The notes beneath the pieces were generated by a model. That model was given only the letters and a program-made list of their open reading frames with translations. It searched no databases and was not told the DNA's origin. From Candidatus Poribacteria bacterium (GTDB lineage: Bacteria; Poribacteria; WGA-4E; PCPOR2b), in contig OZ244825.1 of the NCBI GenBank assembly GCA_965220385.1, forward strand, positions 42,429 to 106,428: a DNA stretch of 64,000 nucleotides, in the 5' to 3' direction. How positions within the stretch are numbered: position 1 is the first letter of the stretch; every line of letters starts with the position of its first letter. A program made the position numbers and the translations under genes. Below, one piece after another: positions 48,667 to 59,576 of this stretch.

Positions 48667-49684
48667 ATGGGTTGATGGTAGAGTCCACTTGATCGATCAA
48701 ACCCTGCTCCCGAACGAATTCAAGCAAATTTATTGTGACGATGTCGAAAGTGTTTGGGAGGCGATTAAATCTCTCCGAGTTCGTGGGGCACCTGCCATTG
48801 GGATTGCGGGCGCGTTGGGGGCAGTGCTTGGGATCTGGAAGTCGAAGGCGGTCAGCTACCCCGATTTTGCGGTCGAGCTCAAAACGATAACGGATTATCT
48901 AGCAACCTCACGCCCAACAGCAGTGAATCTCTTTTGGGCGCTGGAGCGCATTGAGCAAACAGCAGAAAAGCACAAAGACCTTGAGATTTCGCAGCTCAAA
49001 GGTGTTCTGCTTGATGAGGCACAGCGCATTATTGAGGAAGATCGCGAAAAATGTCGGGCTATCGGTCAGCACGGATTAGACCTCATCCGTAACGGTGACA
49101 GTATCTTGACGCATTGTAATGCAGGGGGACTTGCAACCTCTGATTACGGCACGGCACTCGCAGTTATGTTCTCCGCACACGAGTCAGGTAAGAACATCAC
49201 GGTTTTCGCCGATGAGACCCGTCCACTGCTGCAAGGCGCGCGATTGACAGCGTGGGAACTCATGCAAGCAGGGATTGATGTGACCCTGATTTGTGACAAC
49301 ATGGCAGCGCAGGTCATGAAGGAAGGAAAGATCCAGTGCGTCATTGTTGGGGCCGATCGCATTGCTGCAAACGGCGACACCGCCAATAAGATTGGAACAT
49401 ACAACGTTGCGATATTGGCAAAAGCACACGACATCCCTTTCTATGTTGCCGCGCCAACTTCGACCCTTGACCTCTCCCTAAGAACAGGCGATCTAATTCC
49501 GATTGAGCAGCGCGCCGCCGAAGAAGTAACGGAAGGCTTCGGTAACAGAACCGCACCCGAAGGGGTCAAGGTCTACAGCCCCGCGTTTGATGTCACCCCC
49601 GCCCACCTCATCACCGCAATCATCACAGAAAAAGGCATCGCCCACCCTCCCTTTGAGGAGAGTCTTTCCGGCCAAACTGATTAG
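48647..49684 (+). CDS. mtnA: Methylthioribose-1-phosphate isomerase
   Basis: IDQTLLP, VRGAPAIG, SRPTAVNL, LTHCNAGGLAT, DETRPLLQGARLTAWEL, GADRIAANGDTANKIGT. Confidence 0.97.
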   Translation: MPIPTIEWVDGRVHLIDQTLLPNEFKQIYCDDVESVWEAIKSLRVRGAPAIGIAGALGAVLGIWKSKAVSYPDFAVELKTITDYLATSRPTAVNLFWALERIEQTAEKHKDLEISQLKGVLLDEAQRIIEEDREKCRAIGQHGLDLIRNGDSILTHCNAGGLATSDYGTALAVMFSAHESGKNITVFADETRPLLQGARLTAWELMQAGIDVTLICDNMAAQVMKEGKIQCVIVGADRIAANGDTANKIGTYNVAILAKAHDIPFYVAAPTSTLDLSLRTGDLIPIEQRAAEEVTEGFGNRTAPEGVKVYSPAFDVTPAHLITAIITEKGIAHPPFEESLSGQTD

Positions 49685-49702
49685 CGAAACCGCACCCCGT
49701 AG

Positions 49703-50983
49703 CTATCCATCTACCCTATGGAGTAACTGAATTGCCGTTGCTGCAATTCGATCCCCGGCATCTGGACACAGCTTGCTAGACCGTGCAGTTCTCGGTTCGT
49801 AGCCCCCACCGACAAATGCCTGTGGCGTCGGAACGTACCCGACACAGCCGTTAGCAAGGGAGACGACAAACGTCGGATCAAAGGGGGAACACTCCTGAAT
49901 ATCCAACCCGTACTGACAGAAGTATTCCGCAGGCACAGCAATCAGTCCGGTTGTCCCGATTCGTATCATCTGAACCTCAGCCGTGACGCTCGGTTCAATT
50001 TTCTTGATTTCTTTGAGCAATTCAAGTTCTCTTGCCCAGACCGCTTGATCTCCCCAAGATTGTGCTTGGTTGAGCGACGCATTGTCGAGGTCGCGTAAGC
50101 GAAGCTCAACTGTTTCAGTCGCACACGCCAACGTAACGTCATCAGTATAATCCATTCGCGCCAATACCTTGATGACTTCGGCACCGATCGTCGTGCCGAC
50201 ATGCCAACCCCAGCACTCACCCGACTGCTTCCCTCGATCTCTGAGGTTATCGACTTGTGTCACATCGCCTGATGCTCCGTTCCCGAAAACAATGATCGCA
50301 TGGTCGGCTTTCATTGCCTGCTGAACGGTTTTTCTCAGGTAGTAGATGTAGTCAGCAGAAAAGCCACCCCCGCCGACACCCAGGGTGGCATGACAACAGT
50401 AGTTGATCCAGCATCCAAGGAATCTGCACGATTGATTTATCGCACCAATAACGCCGACCATTGGATCGATAGGTCCCGCGACTTGGACGATATCGGGATT
50501 GCCCACGCCCGGATGTGTCCGCTCCGAGCCATCTTTCATACGAAAGCGTCGATTGAAAGCAACACTTCCCTCATGACCCGCGCCGATAACCAATGTGGCG
50601 GGTTCACGTTTCTCATACGCCTCGATAGCTGCCTGTGCAATTTGTGCAGCAACGAAGTTACAGTAAGTCGCATCCGATTCGCTCATAAAGACATCGGCGA
50701 CGGGACCACCGTTATGTGTGTGGCTCGCCGCAATCAGCACGTTGTCAGCAGGGATAGCGGTAATATCTGCGATTTGTCCCCGCGCGCTCAAGGTTGTCGA
50801 GCGTTTAATTGATAGGCCATCAAGTCCTGCGAGGACAACCTGTGTGTTGCCATCGTCCAGTACCATCGCATTTACAAGAAGATCATCATGCACATTCTGT
50901 GAAAAACGTTTGCTAATACTTCCGGGCATTTCTGCACCAATTTCTGGTGTAATTACACGTTGACCAAATCCTACTTGAATCAT
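49703..50983 (-). CDS. Neutral/alkaline ceramidase-like metallohydrolase
   Basis: HDDL, ASHTHNG, FNRR, NYCCHAT, GASGD, PAEYF, ANGCVGYVPT, GGYE. Confidence 0.8.
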   Translation of the reverse strand: MIQVGFGQRVITPEIGAEMPGSISKRFSQNVHDDLLVNAMVLDDGNTQVVLAGLDGLSIKRSTTLSARGQIADITAIPADNVLIAASHTHNGGPVADVFMSESDATYCNFVAAQIAQAAIEAYEKREPATLVIGAGHEGSVAFNRRFRMKDGSERTHPGVGNPDIVQVAGPIDPMVGVIGAINQSCRFLGCWINYCCHATLGVGGGGFSADYIYYLRKTVQQAMKADHAIIVFGNGASGDVTQVDNLRDRGKQSGECWGWHVGTTIGAEVIKVLARMDYTDDVTLACATETVELRLRDLDNASLNQAQSWGDQAVWARELELLKEIKKIEPSVTAEVQMIRIGTTGLIAVPAEYFCQYGLDIQECSPFDPTFVVSLANGCVGYVPTPQAFVGGGYEPRTARSSKLCPDAGDRIAATAIQLLHRVDG

Positions 50984-51307
50984 TCTGAACTTTCCTCTGA
51001 TTTTAACGTCAATAACTTAAGCATTTACGTTTTGTGAATTGAGTGAAAGCCGGCGTGATGATTATCTGTGGCTTAAAATATGTTGAAGATACCAGGCACA
51101 GCGGGGTTTCATCCGGAAAATCACCGATAGATTGTATAAGGGCGATTGTGCTCCGCTTGAAGGCTTTATATGCTTGTGGTATAATTCCGAGATCGGTAGA
51201 CATTGGACCATTTTATCATGAATCTGAACGTATTTGGAGTGTTATTGAATAGATTTGACCAAAATCGGGAAGAACGTGTCCAGTCGTGGGAGCGTAGGCG
51301 CCGAATA

Positions 51308-54300
51308 ATGACATTCGGCTGGTGGTGGTTTATTGTTATTCTATCATTCCCTATTGGCTGCATGTTTATCATACCTGACGAGACTCCGGAAGCGAACGAT
51401 CCAGCTGCGCCTTGGAAGTCAACTGAACTTTTGAGCGATCAGGTCAACGCTATCGCAGCAGATGCCCAACATATCTGGGTCGCAACCGATAAAGGGATCA
51501 ACCGTTTCAACAAGCGCGAAAATTTGTGGATAAGTTACACAGTCGAAGATGGGCTGGCGAATAACAAAGTCTCTAGCGTGGCAGTTGATGGCAACACCAT
51601 CTGGTTTGGAACGGAATCCGGCGTTTCAAAATATCAACCCAGAATCGATAAATGGACAACCTACACCCGCGACGATGGTCTGCCGAGTAATCGTGTCATG
51701 GCTATCGGTGTAGATGGGAACTACATCTGGTTCGGCACAGATAAAGGTTTGAGCCGATATAATAAAGCGATCGATGTTTGGGCACTTCGCACCACCGACG
51801 ACGGTGGTCTGACCAGTAATGAGATTTCCGCTATCGCTGTCGAGGCTGAGTATGTTTGGTTCGCTACCGACAAAGGCGTATCCAGATACGATAAGAAAAT
51901 CGATTCATGGACACAGCTGACCAAAAGCGCCGGTTTAGCAGATGATAACGTCACAACTATCGCTATTGATGAGGATTTTATCTGGTTCGGTACGCAGAAC
52001 GCCGGCGTGAGTTTATACAGCACTACTGAGCAAACATTTGTAAAAACCTACACACGCACCGATCTGCTCGAAACGGATAAGATTAACTACGTCTTGGTTG
52101 ATGGTTTGTATGTCTGGATTGGTACCGCAAATGAAGGTGTTCAAAGATATATCAAACCGGTTGATACGTGGGTCCACTACAGGATAGAAGATGGGCTTCC
52201 ATCGTCAAATATCACAGCGATGGTAGTTGATGGTCAGTATGTCTGGTTCGGTACTTATGAAGACGGGTTAGCACGGTTTGATAAAATTCACGGTCTTTGG
52301 AATATCGTCAAGAAGGCGGAAGGATTAGTGAGCGACAACATCAGATCGATTGTCGAACAGGACGGTGTCCTTTGGGTTGGCACGGCGATGGGGCTCAGTC
52401 GATTTGACTTGCAATCCGGAGAATGGAGAACCTACACCAAAGCGCAGGGCTTGACGACCAATTATATCACCCGAGTTATCGCTGATGGTGATACCATCTG
52501 GGTTGGCACGTCAAAGGGCGTAGGACGATATCAGAGCGATCAGTGGAAATTCTGGAACCGTCAACACGGGCTGCCCAGCGATTTTGTCCTCGATATAGCG
52601 GTGGTTGATCAGATGGTTTGGGTCGGTACGCGCGCTGGGCTTTGGCAGTATAACCGGGAGAGTGATAAATGGCGGATCGCTGAACACCTAAAAGGAATGC
52701 GGATAAATGCTATCGCCATTGATACTAACTCGCTTTGGTTCGGAACTGATCGAGGCCTAATCCAATTCATCGATGGACATTTCACCTTTCACACCTCACA
52801 CCTTTCTCTTCACATCAACACCATAGCAAATGAAAAGAACATACTCTGGATTGGGACACGCAATGGGCTTTCCATGTTCGATAAACGGGAGAGAAGATGG
52901 CATCATTTCACAACAGAGGATGGGCTGCCGAATAACAACGTAAGAACACTCGCTATCACCGAAGATGCGCTGTGGGTGGGCACGCCGAGTGGCTTGGGTG
53001 TACTCCCTCGCAACCGATGGAGCCCCTCCACCATAAAATCGGAGGACTGGCGACAGTTCGACTTAACCCAGCCGGGGGTGGTGATGGGACATGAAAATGT
53101 CCGAGATATTTGTGTTATGGATAATCAAGTTTGGCTGGGAACGATCGGCGGCTTGGGTGTATATTCTCAGCAGGATAACGCTTGGCGATCGATTCGTGCA
53201 AAAGAACGGACGGTTGTCCTGCGTCACCGCGGCATACAACATACAGAGCTGGATGGCGATTGGGTGTGGTTTTTGGCGTGGGAAAATACATCCAACGGGG
53301 AAATCATTCGGTATGACAAGCGGACAAGAACTTGGACGCACTACATGAAAGAAGATGTGACAGAAAATCACCGAGAGGATTCGCACCAGCCAGTCCGAGA
53401 TTCAAGGCATGTTGGTAAAAGGAATCTACACCCGTCCACTCCGAATGAAGAAACTCCATACATCGCTCAAATTGATTGGATGGACGTAACTAATGACAGT
53501 GTATGGTTCGCCACGGACGGCGGAGTGCTCGCTTATTATAAAGAATCGGATACATGGCGACATTACACCACTAAGGATGGACTGGCTGCGAATAAAACAA
53601 CAACATTGATGGTTGACGGAAATGACGTATGGGTCGTTTTGAGGGATAATCGCATCTGTCGCTATCGACGGGATACTGATGGCTGGGAGACCCATCAAGT
53701 GGTTTTTAAGGAAATCTCTCCTGATATGGAATCATACCGCACGCGTCTTGCAGCAGACAGACGCTATGTCTGGGTACCAGCACAGAGGGAGGGCGTGGCA
53801 CGCTACGATAAACAGAATGAAACGTGGAAGCGCTACACTTCAGCAGATGGTTTGCAGGATGATAGCGTCGGCTTTGTTGTTGTGGATAACAATGATGTGT
53901 GGGCTTACGGCGGCTGGGGTGGAGGCTTGAGCAAGTACGACGCGAACACAGATAGCTGGGTCATTATTAATTCCAGTAAAGGGTTAGTTGCCGACCAGAT
54001 CCGGGAAGTAATCTCCGGGGTAGACTATATGTGGGTGTTGTATAACCAAAGTTGGTGGGAAGGAGACGACACCGTCCCTGCCAGCGGATTTCACAGAGCC
54101 AATCACACTTGGCAGGTGTTCCGAGGGCATCCAGAGAGTGTGGGAAACAATTTCAGAGATGTTCAAGAAACGACTGAATTCGTCTGGTTCGGAAGCGAAG
54201 AACACGGAATCAGTCGATACGATAAGGCCTCCTCATCTTGGACGGTTTTTACGAAAGAGGATGGACTACTGGATAATCGCATCAACTATCCAACTTTGAA

Positions 54301-55339
54301 AGCCGATAGCAACTTCATCTGGATGGGCAGCCGCAGCGGTCTCAGTCGTTATGACATGCGTAAAGATAGCTGGACGGTATATACGGGGAGGCGCGCCCTG
54401 CCCGCAGAAGTGGTACATGCGGTCGCTGTTGATTCGCGCTATGTTTATTGTGGAACAGAGCGGGGTGCAAGGCGCTACGATAAGCAGAATGACTTTTGGC
54501 TACAGAAGCGCATCGTAGAGGAGCCCGTGAACGATCTTGCTGTTGATGATAAATACTTGTGGATAGCAACCTCCAAAGGCGTTACCCGGTTCGATAAATC
54601 CGCGCATTGGGCAGACCTGCACGAGGCTGAAAACGGCTTGGCTGATACATTCGTCAAAGTTGCTGATGTAGAGGGACGCACCTTATGGGTCGGTACGGAT
54701 AAGGGGGTGAGCAGATACAATACGCTTTCGGACGACCCGAATGCTTGGGATAGCTTTAGGCGCGCTGACGATGTGGACACTATGTTATTGTCTCAAGAAT
54801 ACGCCAATAGCCTCATAGATAACCGAGTGACCAGTATAGCGGCAGGAAATCGTTACGTCTGGGTGGGGACGGAGAGAGGTATCAGTCGTTATGACATGAA
54901 GAAAGAGGTCTGGGTGACCTACGCACGGCAGGAGGGATTGCACCACGATAAAGTAAGTAGTATCTGCATTGACGGCGATTGGGTTTGGTTCGGTACGGAG
55001 GCAGGTGTCAGCAAGCTAAACACAAAAACGGAAGAATGGAGTGTCTTCACATCGTCTGACGGTTTAGCCAGCGATCAGATCACCAGTATCATTGCAAATG
55101 GTAACTTCGTGTGGTTTGGTAGTTTCGATGCTGGCGTGTCACGCTACAATAAGATGACGATGAAGTGGCAACACTTTACCCAAAAAGATGGACTTAGCCA
55201 TAATCGGGTGTTTGCGCTTGCCGTAGATGGTGATTTCCTTTGGGTGGGGACGGAACGTGGGCTGAGTCGGCATGACACAGTGACAGATACGTGGACAATC
55301 TTTACTCCACATTTCGATGAAGAAGAAGACCGAAGATGA
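51308..55339 (+). CDS. Giant multi-beta-propeller lipoprotein 1 (two-component regulator propeller-type repeats)
   Basis: Lipobox FPIGC; about 28 repeats of YTxxDGLxxNxVxxIAVDxxxVWFGTxxGVSRYDKxxxxW; no kinase domain. Confidence 0.85.
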   Translation: MTFGWWWFIVILSFPIGCMFIIPDETPEANDPAAPWKSTELLSDQVNAIAADAQHIWVATDKGINRFNKRENLWISYTVEDGLANNKVSSVAVDGNTIWFGTESGVSKYQPRIDKWTTYTRDDGLPSNRVMAIGVDGNYIWFGTDKGLSRYNKAIDVWALRTTDDGGLTSNEISAIAVEAEYVWFATDKGVSRYDKKIDSWTQLTKSAGLADDNVTTIAIDEDFIWFGTQNAGVSLYSTTEQTFVKTYTRTDLLETDKINYVLVDGLYVWIGTANEGVQRYIKPVDTWVHYRIEDGLPSSNITAMVVDGQYVWFGTYEDGLARFDKIHGLWNIVKKAEGLVSDNIRSIVEQDGVLWVGTAMGLSRFDLQSGEWRTYTKAQGLTTNYITRVIADGDTIWVGTSKGVGRYQSDQWKFWNRQHGLPSDFVLDIAVVDQMVWVGTRAGLWQYNRESDKWRIAEHLKGMRINAIAIDTNSLWFGTDRGLIQFIDGHFTFHTSHLSLHINTIANEKNILWIGTRNGLSMFDKRERRWHHFTTEDGLPNNNVRTLAITEDALWVGTPSGLGVLPRNRWSPSTIKSEDWRQFDLTQPGVVMGHENVRDICVMDNQVWLGTIGGLGVYSQQDNAWRSIRAKERTVVLRHRGIQHTELDGDWVWFLAWENTSNGEIIRYDKRTRTWTHYMKEDVTENHREDSHQPVRDSRHVGKRNLHPSTPNEETPYIAQIDWMDVTNDSVWFATDGGVLAYYKESDTWRHYTTKDGLAANKTTTLMVDGNDVWVVLRDNRICRYRRDTDGWETHQVVFKEISPDMESYRTRLAADRRYVWVPAQREGVARYDKQNETWKRYTSADGLQDDSVGFVVVDNNDVWAYGGWGGGLSKYDANTDSWVIINSSKGLVADQIREVISGVDYMWVLYNQSWWEGDDTVPASGFHRANHTWQVFRGHPESVGNNFRDVQETTEFVWFGSEEHGISRYDKASSSWTVFTKEDGLLDNRINYPTLKADSNFIWMGSRSGLSRYDMRKDSWTVYTGRRALPAEVVHAVAVDSRYVYCGTERGARRYDKQNDFWLQKRIVEEPVNDLAVDDKYLWIATSKGVTRFDKSAHWADLHEAENGLADTFVKVADVEGRTLWVGTDKGVSRYNTLSDDPNAWDSFRRADDVDTMLLSQEYANSLIDNRVTSIAAGNRYVWVGTERGISRYDMKKEVWVTYARQEGLHHDKVSSICIDGDWVWFGTEAGVSKLNTKTEEWSVFTSSDGLASDQITSIIANGNFVWFGSFDAGVSRYNKMTMKWQHFTQKDGLSHNRVFALAVDGDFLWVGTERGLSRHDTVTDTWTIFTPHFDEEEDRR

Positions 55340-55499
55340 TTTTAAAATAGAACGTTAGAAGGTTGGACTTTAAAGGGATTCTTCTCGCGGCGGGATCTGA
55401 GTCAAGACATAGCAGAAGAAACACACTATTTCACGGTTTTGGAAAAGCGTCTTGAGTAAAGGACAGCAACCGCTGTTTCTTACAGAAAGGCACAAAAGG

Positions 55500-58400
55500 A
55501 TGCGTCAAGTTCATATAATCTTAGGTTTCATGATACTCCTGTTTTTGGCGAATTGCGCCACACATGACCCACAACAGGTGCATCCTGATCTTTTCGTCGA
55601 TGAAGACGGCAGCATAATCAGCCAACTCCTCAGCGACCGCGTCCTATCCTTAGCTGTTGATTCACGCTATTTGTGGGTTGGGACCGACCGTGGGTTGAGT
55701 CGATACGATAAGATGCAAGGTCGGTGGCGTAATTTCACTGTAAGAGACGGTTTGGCTCACAACCACATTTTGTCCATCGCTTTGGACGACCTTCAGGTCT
55801 GGATCGGCACACGCGACGGCGTGAGTCATTACGCGATGGACACTGATAGATGGAAGCGCTACATGCCCCGTGATGGCTTGGCGGGTCGTGAGGTCTCCTG
55901 CATCGCTGTTGATTCGAGATTTATCTGGTTCGGCACGCCAAATGGACTCTCTCGGTATGATAAAGAGACGGACAGTTGGGCGCAGAAGCGCGAGAGTGAT
56001 GGACTTGCGGGTGACTTTGTTACGCAGATCGTGATAGATGACGATTACATCTGGGTCGGTACCGAGAACGGAGTTTCCAGATATGACAAACTTACCGATT
56101 CATGGAACAACTATGACAAGGAAAGTGGACTTATTGATAATAGCGTGACTGCAATCGCCGCCGATGAAGATTCCGTCTGGTTTGGTACGGAGAATAAGGG
56201 GCTCAGTCGCTACGACCAACGGAATTCGGAATTCGTCAGAGCGTACACAAAAAGGGATCGATTGACGAGTGATCAGATAAACGCGCTGGCAGTCGATGGA
56301 ACGTCACTATGGTTAGGGACTGCCGATAGTGGTGCGCAGCGCTACATTTTATCTGTCAATACGTGGCGAGAGTACGCAACAGAAGTGGGGTTACCTTCCA
56401 ATCATATTACGGCAATTGCTGCCGATGGCAACGTGGTCTGGTTCGGCACGTACGAGCATGGACTGGTACGATATGATTTACGTCGTGAACAATGGAGGAT
56501 TTATGGCGAAGTTAAAGCGTTGAGCGACAATGATGTAAAGGACATTTTAGTGACGGATGAGTCCGTTTGGGTGGCAACACGATCCGGCTTAAACCAGGCA
56601 ATCTACCTCGAAAATTCGAACTTTTCAGCGGGGCTTAATTGGAGGACGTTGAGCAAGGCAGAAGGTTTGGCGGATAACTACATTACCGCTGTGGTGGAAG
56701 TGGGAAAAGATTTGTGGGTTGGCACACCTCGCGGTTTGGGAGTGCGACGCGAGGGCGAGGACAAGTGGATATTTTTTACAGAGAAAGACGGATTGCCGCA
56801 CGACTTCGTGACCTGCGTTGCGTGGGAAACGGTGAATAGAGGTGTGGAGAGGACATCTTTACGTCTATGGATTGGGACAAAGGCAGGGCTTTCGACCTAC
56901 GATCCTCAAAGCCGAAAATGGAATACACCTCCCTCCGAATTGCAAACCTCCGGTTGGATCAACGATATCAAATTAGAGGAGAACTTTGTCTGGGTTGGTA
57001 CGACAGAGGGACTCGTCTACTATGATCGGTCTACCCGCACTTCGGGTACACTGACTGAAGCGGATGGGCTACCCTCAGATGTGATTAACACTGTTGCAAT
57101 AAAGGATAATTCTATCTGGATCGGCACAATATCCGGTTTAGTACAGATAGACAGGTCGATAATCACACCTTCCGTCCAAGGATCCACGTCCCGCTCCGCC
57201 TGTCCCGATTCCATCGGGGAGGATTCCGATGGAACTGGAGCAAGCGGGATTTCACGTTTCACGCCTCATGCCAACGTCAGGGCAATTACTGTTGATGACG
57301 ATACCATCTGGATAGGTGGGCCGTCGGGATTGGCAAAGTACGATACTGCAAAAGATCTGTGGACACATTACACCCGCGAGAATACCAACGGGGGACTCAT
57401 CTCCGATAATGTTAAGGTCATTTCAGAAGGCAGCGGTAAGCTTTGGGCGGGTACAATCGCTGGGGTCAGTTGTCTGGACAAAGAGACAGGCAGCTGGTCG
57501 AAACACGTTGCAGCGATGACAACAGAGGTGCTGCACTCGAATTGGGTCAGCAAGTTGGCGGAGGATGGGAGCGGACTCTGGTTTGGCAATTGGAAGGATT
57601 CCACAGAAGGCGCAATTGTAAGGTATGATAGACAGACAGACACGTTCCGCTTCTTTAGCAAAGATGACCTTCCATTGAAATCTATTGAGAGACCGATCAC
57701 GCGCATACACGCGGTGACTGTGGATGAAAGTGAAGTATGGGTCGGCACCAATGGTGGGCTATTACGCTACGATAAAGAAACGGATACGTGGCGTCATTAT
57801 ACTATTGAAGACGGTCTGCCAAACAATGAAGTTTGGACGATTGTTCTTGATAGTCAATATCTCTGGACAGCGCATATTGGTGGTGTAGTAAGTCGTTATT
57901 CACTTGAGACGGATACATGGAAAACCTATGAAATTGTGCCGAGCGTAGAATGGAGTAACATTGGGACCATCGCTATTGATCCTCAATATGTCTGGGTGAC
58001 AACGGTTTGGGAGGGAATTAAGCGATATGATAAATCAACGGATCGGTGGAGCAGTATTACGGAAGCACACGGTTTGGGGAACAATGAAGCCAATGACTTG
58101 CTCGTTGATGGCGATTATATCTGGGTCACGGGTTGGGGGGATGCTAGCCGTTATGATCGGCGAACCAAAGAATGGGAGATATTCTCAAGTCAGCATGTAC
58201 TCTCAGATGTGAATTTCGGGATCGATAAGGGACAGGATGGTGTTTGGCTTACATACTCGGGGTGGAGCGGCGCGCTTGCGTCGAAGTATAACAATAAGAC
58301 CGATTCGTGGACAACATTAAACCTCCCGGAGATTGAAGGGCTTGATTTTGGACGTACAAAACAGGTTGTTGAGACCACGGATACTGTTTGGTTTGCGGCA

Positions 58401-59576
58401 GATCGTCAGGGGTTGGCTCGGTATAACAAAGCTGCAAAGGATTGGGCATTCTTCGGTGAGGAGAACGGACTGCCAAGCAGTGACATCATCGAACATTCTT
58501 TGGTGGTAGACGATGATTATGTTTGGGTGGGGACCGCTGGGGGATTGAGTCGATACGATCCTAAAGAAGAGGTCTGGACCACTTTCACGCAGTCTCCATT
58601 GGCACGAACGCTCCGCGAATCAAAAGTGTACGCAATCGCCGCCGAAGCGCGTTATGTATGGTTGGGGACAACCAACGGCTTACATCGCTACGACAAACAG
58701 ACAGATCGTTGGTTTGCTCCTCGTCTGAAGGGGCTGAAAGATATGGAGGACGACACACCAAGTGTCACCTGCCTAACGATTGACGAGAAATATGCGTGGC
58801 TCGGTACTAACACTGGTGTCCTGCGCTACGATAAAGCCGGTGATCGTTGGGAAAAGTACACCGTTGAAAACGGTTTGCCTTCCAATACCATCCGAGATCT
58901 GGATGTAAAAGGCTACGACTTATGGGTCTCTACAGACCGCGGCGTTGCGACGTTCAACCGTCTGTCTGATGATCCGAATGCTTGGGAGTCGCACACACAG
59001 GCACTGGAGGTCGAAGGTATGGGAGCCGATAAGAAATATGCCCAAACACTTCTGAGCGATGATGTCCGTTGCGTTGCGATCGGTGAGAAGTTGATCTGGT
59101 TCGGCACAGACAAAGGGGCTTGCCGATATGATAAAGATAAGAAGACATGGGAAACTCTTGCTAAAAATGTTCCCGCCCTTGATAAGGTGGAAAGCCAGAA
59201 CGATCTCACAGACACTAGCGTCATTGTCATTGATGAAGGGGACATCTGGTTCGGTACGGGTAAGGGAGCGACAAAATACAGCGTCGAATCTGGGGATTTC
59301 GTTATCTACACTCAATCGGACGGTTTAGCAAGCGATATTGTCACCTGTATCGCTTTGAATGGGGAGGACATCTGGTTCGGTTCGGCGGATGCAGGCGTCA
59401 CACGGCTGGATAGAAACACGGGTGACTGGCGTGTCTTTAATATAGACGACGGCTTGTCCCATAATCGAGTTGAAGCAATCGCAGTTGACGGTGATCAGCT
59501 CTGGTTTGGGACAGAGCGGGGCTTGTGTCGGTACAATCAGAAAACTGGGACATGGACAAGCTATGCTGAAGATTAA
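55500..59576 (+). CDS. Giant multi-beta-propeller lipoprotein 2
   Basis: Lipobox FLANC; same repeat and collinear landmarks as 51308..55339. Confidence 0.85.
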   Translation: MRQVHIILGFMILLFLANCATHDPQQVHPDLFVDEDGSIISQLLSDRVLSLAVDSRYLWVGTDRGLSRYDKMQGRWRNFTVRDGLAHNHILSIALDDLQVWIGTRDGVSHYAMDTDRWKRYMPRDGLAGREVSCIAVDSRFIWFGTPNGLSRYDKETDSWAQKRESDGLAGDFVTQIVIDDDYIWVGTENGVSRYDKLTDSWNNYDKESGLIDNSVTAIAADEDSVWFGTENKGLSRYDQRNSEFVRAYTKRDRLTSDQINALAVDGTSLWLGTADSGAQRYILSVNTWREYATEVGLPSNHITAIAADGNVVWFGTYEHGLVRYDLRREQWRIYGEVKALSDNDVKDILVTDESVWVATRSGLNQAIYLENSNFSAGLNWRTLSKAEGLADNYITAVVEVGKDLWVGTPRGLGVRREGEDKWIFFTEKDGLPHDFVTCVAWETVNRGVERTSLRLWIGTKAGLSTYDPQSRKWNTPPSELQTSGWINDIKLEENFVWVGTTEGLVYYDRSTRTSGTLTEADGLPSDVINTVAIKDNSIWIGTISGLVQIDRSIITPSVQGSTSRSACPDSIGEDSDGTGASGISRFTPHANVRAITVDDDTIWIGGPSGLAKYDTAKDLWTHYTRENTNGGLISDNVKVISEGSGKLWAGTIAGVSCLDKETGSWSKHVAAMTTEVLHSNWVSKLAEDGSGLWFGNWKDSTEGAIVRYDRQTDTFRFFSKDDLPLKSIERPITRIHAVTVDESEVWVGTNGGLLRYDKETDTWRHYTIEDGLPNNEVWTIVLDSQYLWTAHIGGVVSRYSLETDTWKTYEIVPSVEWSNIGTIAIDPQYVWVTTVWEGIKRYDKSTDRWSSITEAHGLGNNEANDLLVDGDYIWVTGWGDASRYDRRTKEWEIFSSQHVLSDVNFGIDKGQDGVWLTYSGWSGALASKYNNKTDSWTTLNLPEIEGLDFGRTKQVVETTDTVWFAADRQGLARYNKAAKDWAFFGEENGLPSSDIIEHSLVVDDDYVWVGTAGGLSRYDPKEEVWTTFTQSPLARTLRESKVYAIAAEARYVWLGTTNGLHRYDKQTDRWFAPRLKGLKDMEDDTPSVTCLTIDEKYAWLGTNTGVLRYDKAGDRWEKYTVENGLPSNTIRDLDVKGYDLWVSTDRGVATFNRLSDDPNAWESHTQALEVEGMGADKKYAQTLLSDDVRCVAIGEKLIWFGTDKGACRYDKDKKTWETLAKNVPALDKVESQNDLTDTSVIVIDEGDIWFGTGKGATKYSVESGDFVIYTQSDGLASDIVTCIALNGEDIWFGSADAGVTRLDRNTGDWRVFNIDDGLSHNRVEAIAVDGDQLWFGTERGLCRYNQKTGTWTSYAED

